A DNA stretch of 64,000 nucleotides from Escherichia coli (GTDB lineage: Bacteria > Pseudomonadota > Gammaproteobacteria > Enterobacterales > Enterobacteriaceae), in assembly GCF_001677475.2 (NCBI RefSeq), contig NZ_CP015229.1, one strand, 5' to 3'. The notes below the pieces were generated by a model. It was not told where the DNA came from, ran no database searches, and saw only the letters and a program-made list of their open reading frames with translations. Below are positions 62,667-64,000 of this stretch, one piece after another. The position numbers and the translations under genes were made by a program. Numbering within the stretch: the stretch's first letter is position 1; each line of letters begins with the position of its first letter.

Positions 62667-64000
62667 ATGAGCACCATTGTAATTTTTTTAGCTGCTTTGC
62701 TGGCCTGCTCACTACTTGCGGGATGGCTGATAAAAGTGCGATCCAGACGGCGTCAGCTGCCCTGGACCAACGCCTTCGCGGATGCGCAAACGCGTAAACT
62801 CACACCTGAAGAACGTAGCGCCGTTGAAAATTATCTTGAGAGCCTGACGCAGGTATTACAGGTGCCTGGCCCAACGGGAGCCAGCGCGGCACCGATCTCT
62901 CTGGCGCTGAATGCCGAAAGCAACAACGTCATGATGCTGACACACGCTATCACGCGTTACGGCATCTCTACCGACGATCCGAATAAATGGCGTTACTACC
63001 TCGATTCGGTAGAAGTCCACCTGCCCCCTTTCTGGGAGCAGTACATCAACGATGAGAATACTGTTGAACTGATTCATACCGATTCGCTGCCGCTGGTTAT
63101 TTCACTCAACGGTCATACGCTGCAGGAGTACATGCAGGAAACGCGCGGCTATGCCTTGCAACCTGTTCCGTCAACGCAGGCGTCGATTCACGGGGAAGAG
63201 AGTGAGCAAATCGAGCTACTCAATATTCGCAAAGAAACGCACGAAGAGTATGCGCTGAGTCGTCCGCGCGGGCTGCGTGAAGCATTGCTGATCGTCGCCT
63301 CCTTCCTGATGTTCTTTTTCTGCCTGATTACCCCGGATGTCTTTGTTCCGTGGCTGGCAGGCGGCGCATTACTGCTGCTGGGCGCAGGTCTGTGGGGGCT
63401 ATTCGCGCCACCGGCAAAATCCTCCCTGCGGGAAATTCATTGTCTGCGCGGTACACCCCGTCGTTGGGGATTGTTTGGCGAAAACGATCAGGAACAGATC
63501 AACAATATTTCACTCGGTATTATCGACCTGGTCTATCCCGCACACTGGCAGCCATACATTGCTCAGGATCTCGGTCAACAAACCGATATTGATATCTATC
63601 TCGACCGCCACGTAGTGCGTCAGGGGCGATATCTTTCGCTGCATGATGAAGTAAAAAACTTTCCGTTACAGCACTGGCTGCGCAGTACGATTATCGCTGC
63701 GGGCTCGCTGCTGGTGCTGTTTATGCTGTTATTCTGGATCCCGCTGGATATGCCGCTGAAATTCACCCTCTCGTGGATGAAAGGCGCGCAGACCATTGAA
63801 GCCACCAGCGTAAAACAACTGGCTGACGCTGGCGTGCGGGTAGGCGATACATTGCGTATTAGCGGTACGGGAATGTGCAATATTCGCACTTCCGGAACCT
63901 GGAGCGCGAAAACCAATTCACCTTTTTTACCGTTTGACTGCTCGCAGATCATCTGGAATGACGCCCGCTCATTGCCATTACCAGAATCTGAGCTGGTCAA
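62667..64000 (+). CDS. igaA: Inner-membrane Rcs-system attenuator IgaA (YrfF), 5' portion; continues past window end
   Basis: Open frame from ATG 62667 (MSTIVIFLAALLACSLLAGWLIKVRSRRRQLPWTNAFADAQTRKLT) with no stop before 64000; not in ORF track because unterminated. Confidence 0.85.
   Translation, partial: MSTIVIFLAALLACSLLAGWLIKVRSRRRQLPWTNAFADAQTRKLTPEERSAVENYLESLTQVLQVPGPTGASAAPISLALNAESNNVMMLTHAITRYGISTDDPNKWRYYLDSVEVHLPPFWEQYINDENTVELIHTDSLPLVISLNGHTLQEYMQETRGYALQPVPSTQASIHGEESEQIELLNIRKETHEEYALSRPRGLREALLIVASFLMFFFCLITPDVFVPWLAGGALLLLGAGLWGLFAPPAKSSLREIHCLRGTPRRWGLFGENDQEQINNISLGIIDLVYPAHWQPYIAQDLGQQTDIDIYLDRHVVRQGRYLSLHDEVKNFPLQHWLRSTIIAAGSLLVLFMLLFWIPLDMPLKFTLSWMKGAQTIEATSVKQLADAGVRVGDTLRISGTGMCNIRTSGTWSAKTNSPFLPFDCSQIIWNDARSLPLPESELV

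Overview
This window reads as a contiguous stretch of Escherichia coli-type chromosomal backbone, with about 67 protein-coding genes packed at high density on both strands. All identifications come from reading the translated ORFs and motifs and recognising them from memory; no database search was run. Gene order is: tail of the cryptic gsp type II secretion operon (gspK', gspL, gspM, gspO), bfr-bfd, chiA, the str operon (rpsL-rpsG-fusA-tufA) preceded by tusBCD-yheO, fkpA, slyX, slyD, yheV-kefB-kefG, yheS-yheT-yheU, prkB, yhfA, crp, yhfK, argD, pabA, fic-yhfG, ppiA, tsgA, nirBDC-cysG, yhfL, frlABCDR, the uncharacterised yhfZ-yhfY-yhfX-yhfW-php-yhfU-yhfT-yhfS cluster, trpS-gph-rpe-dam-damX-aroB-aroK, hofQPONM, mrcA, nudE and the start of igaA. 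I found no rRNA, tRNA, IS element, integrase, prophage or CRISPR array, and no intergenic stretch that looks horizontally inserted. I therefore do not see a foreign or planted system here. The best candidate for undescribed biology is the eight-gene yhfZ-to-yhfS cluster, a tightly packed operon of unknown function in which yhfT carries an in-frame TAG stop. rpsG is the short 156-aa form, which suggests a non-K-12 (B-like) lineage. Other points of interest are the non-canonical Fic/YhfG pair, the yheS-yheT-yheU trio, the orphan prkB and the modular chiA next to the silent secretion genes.
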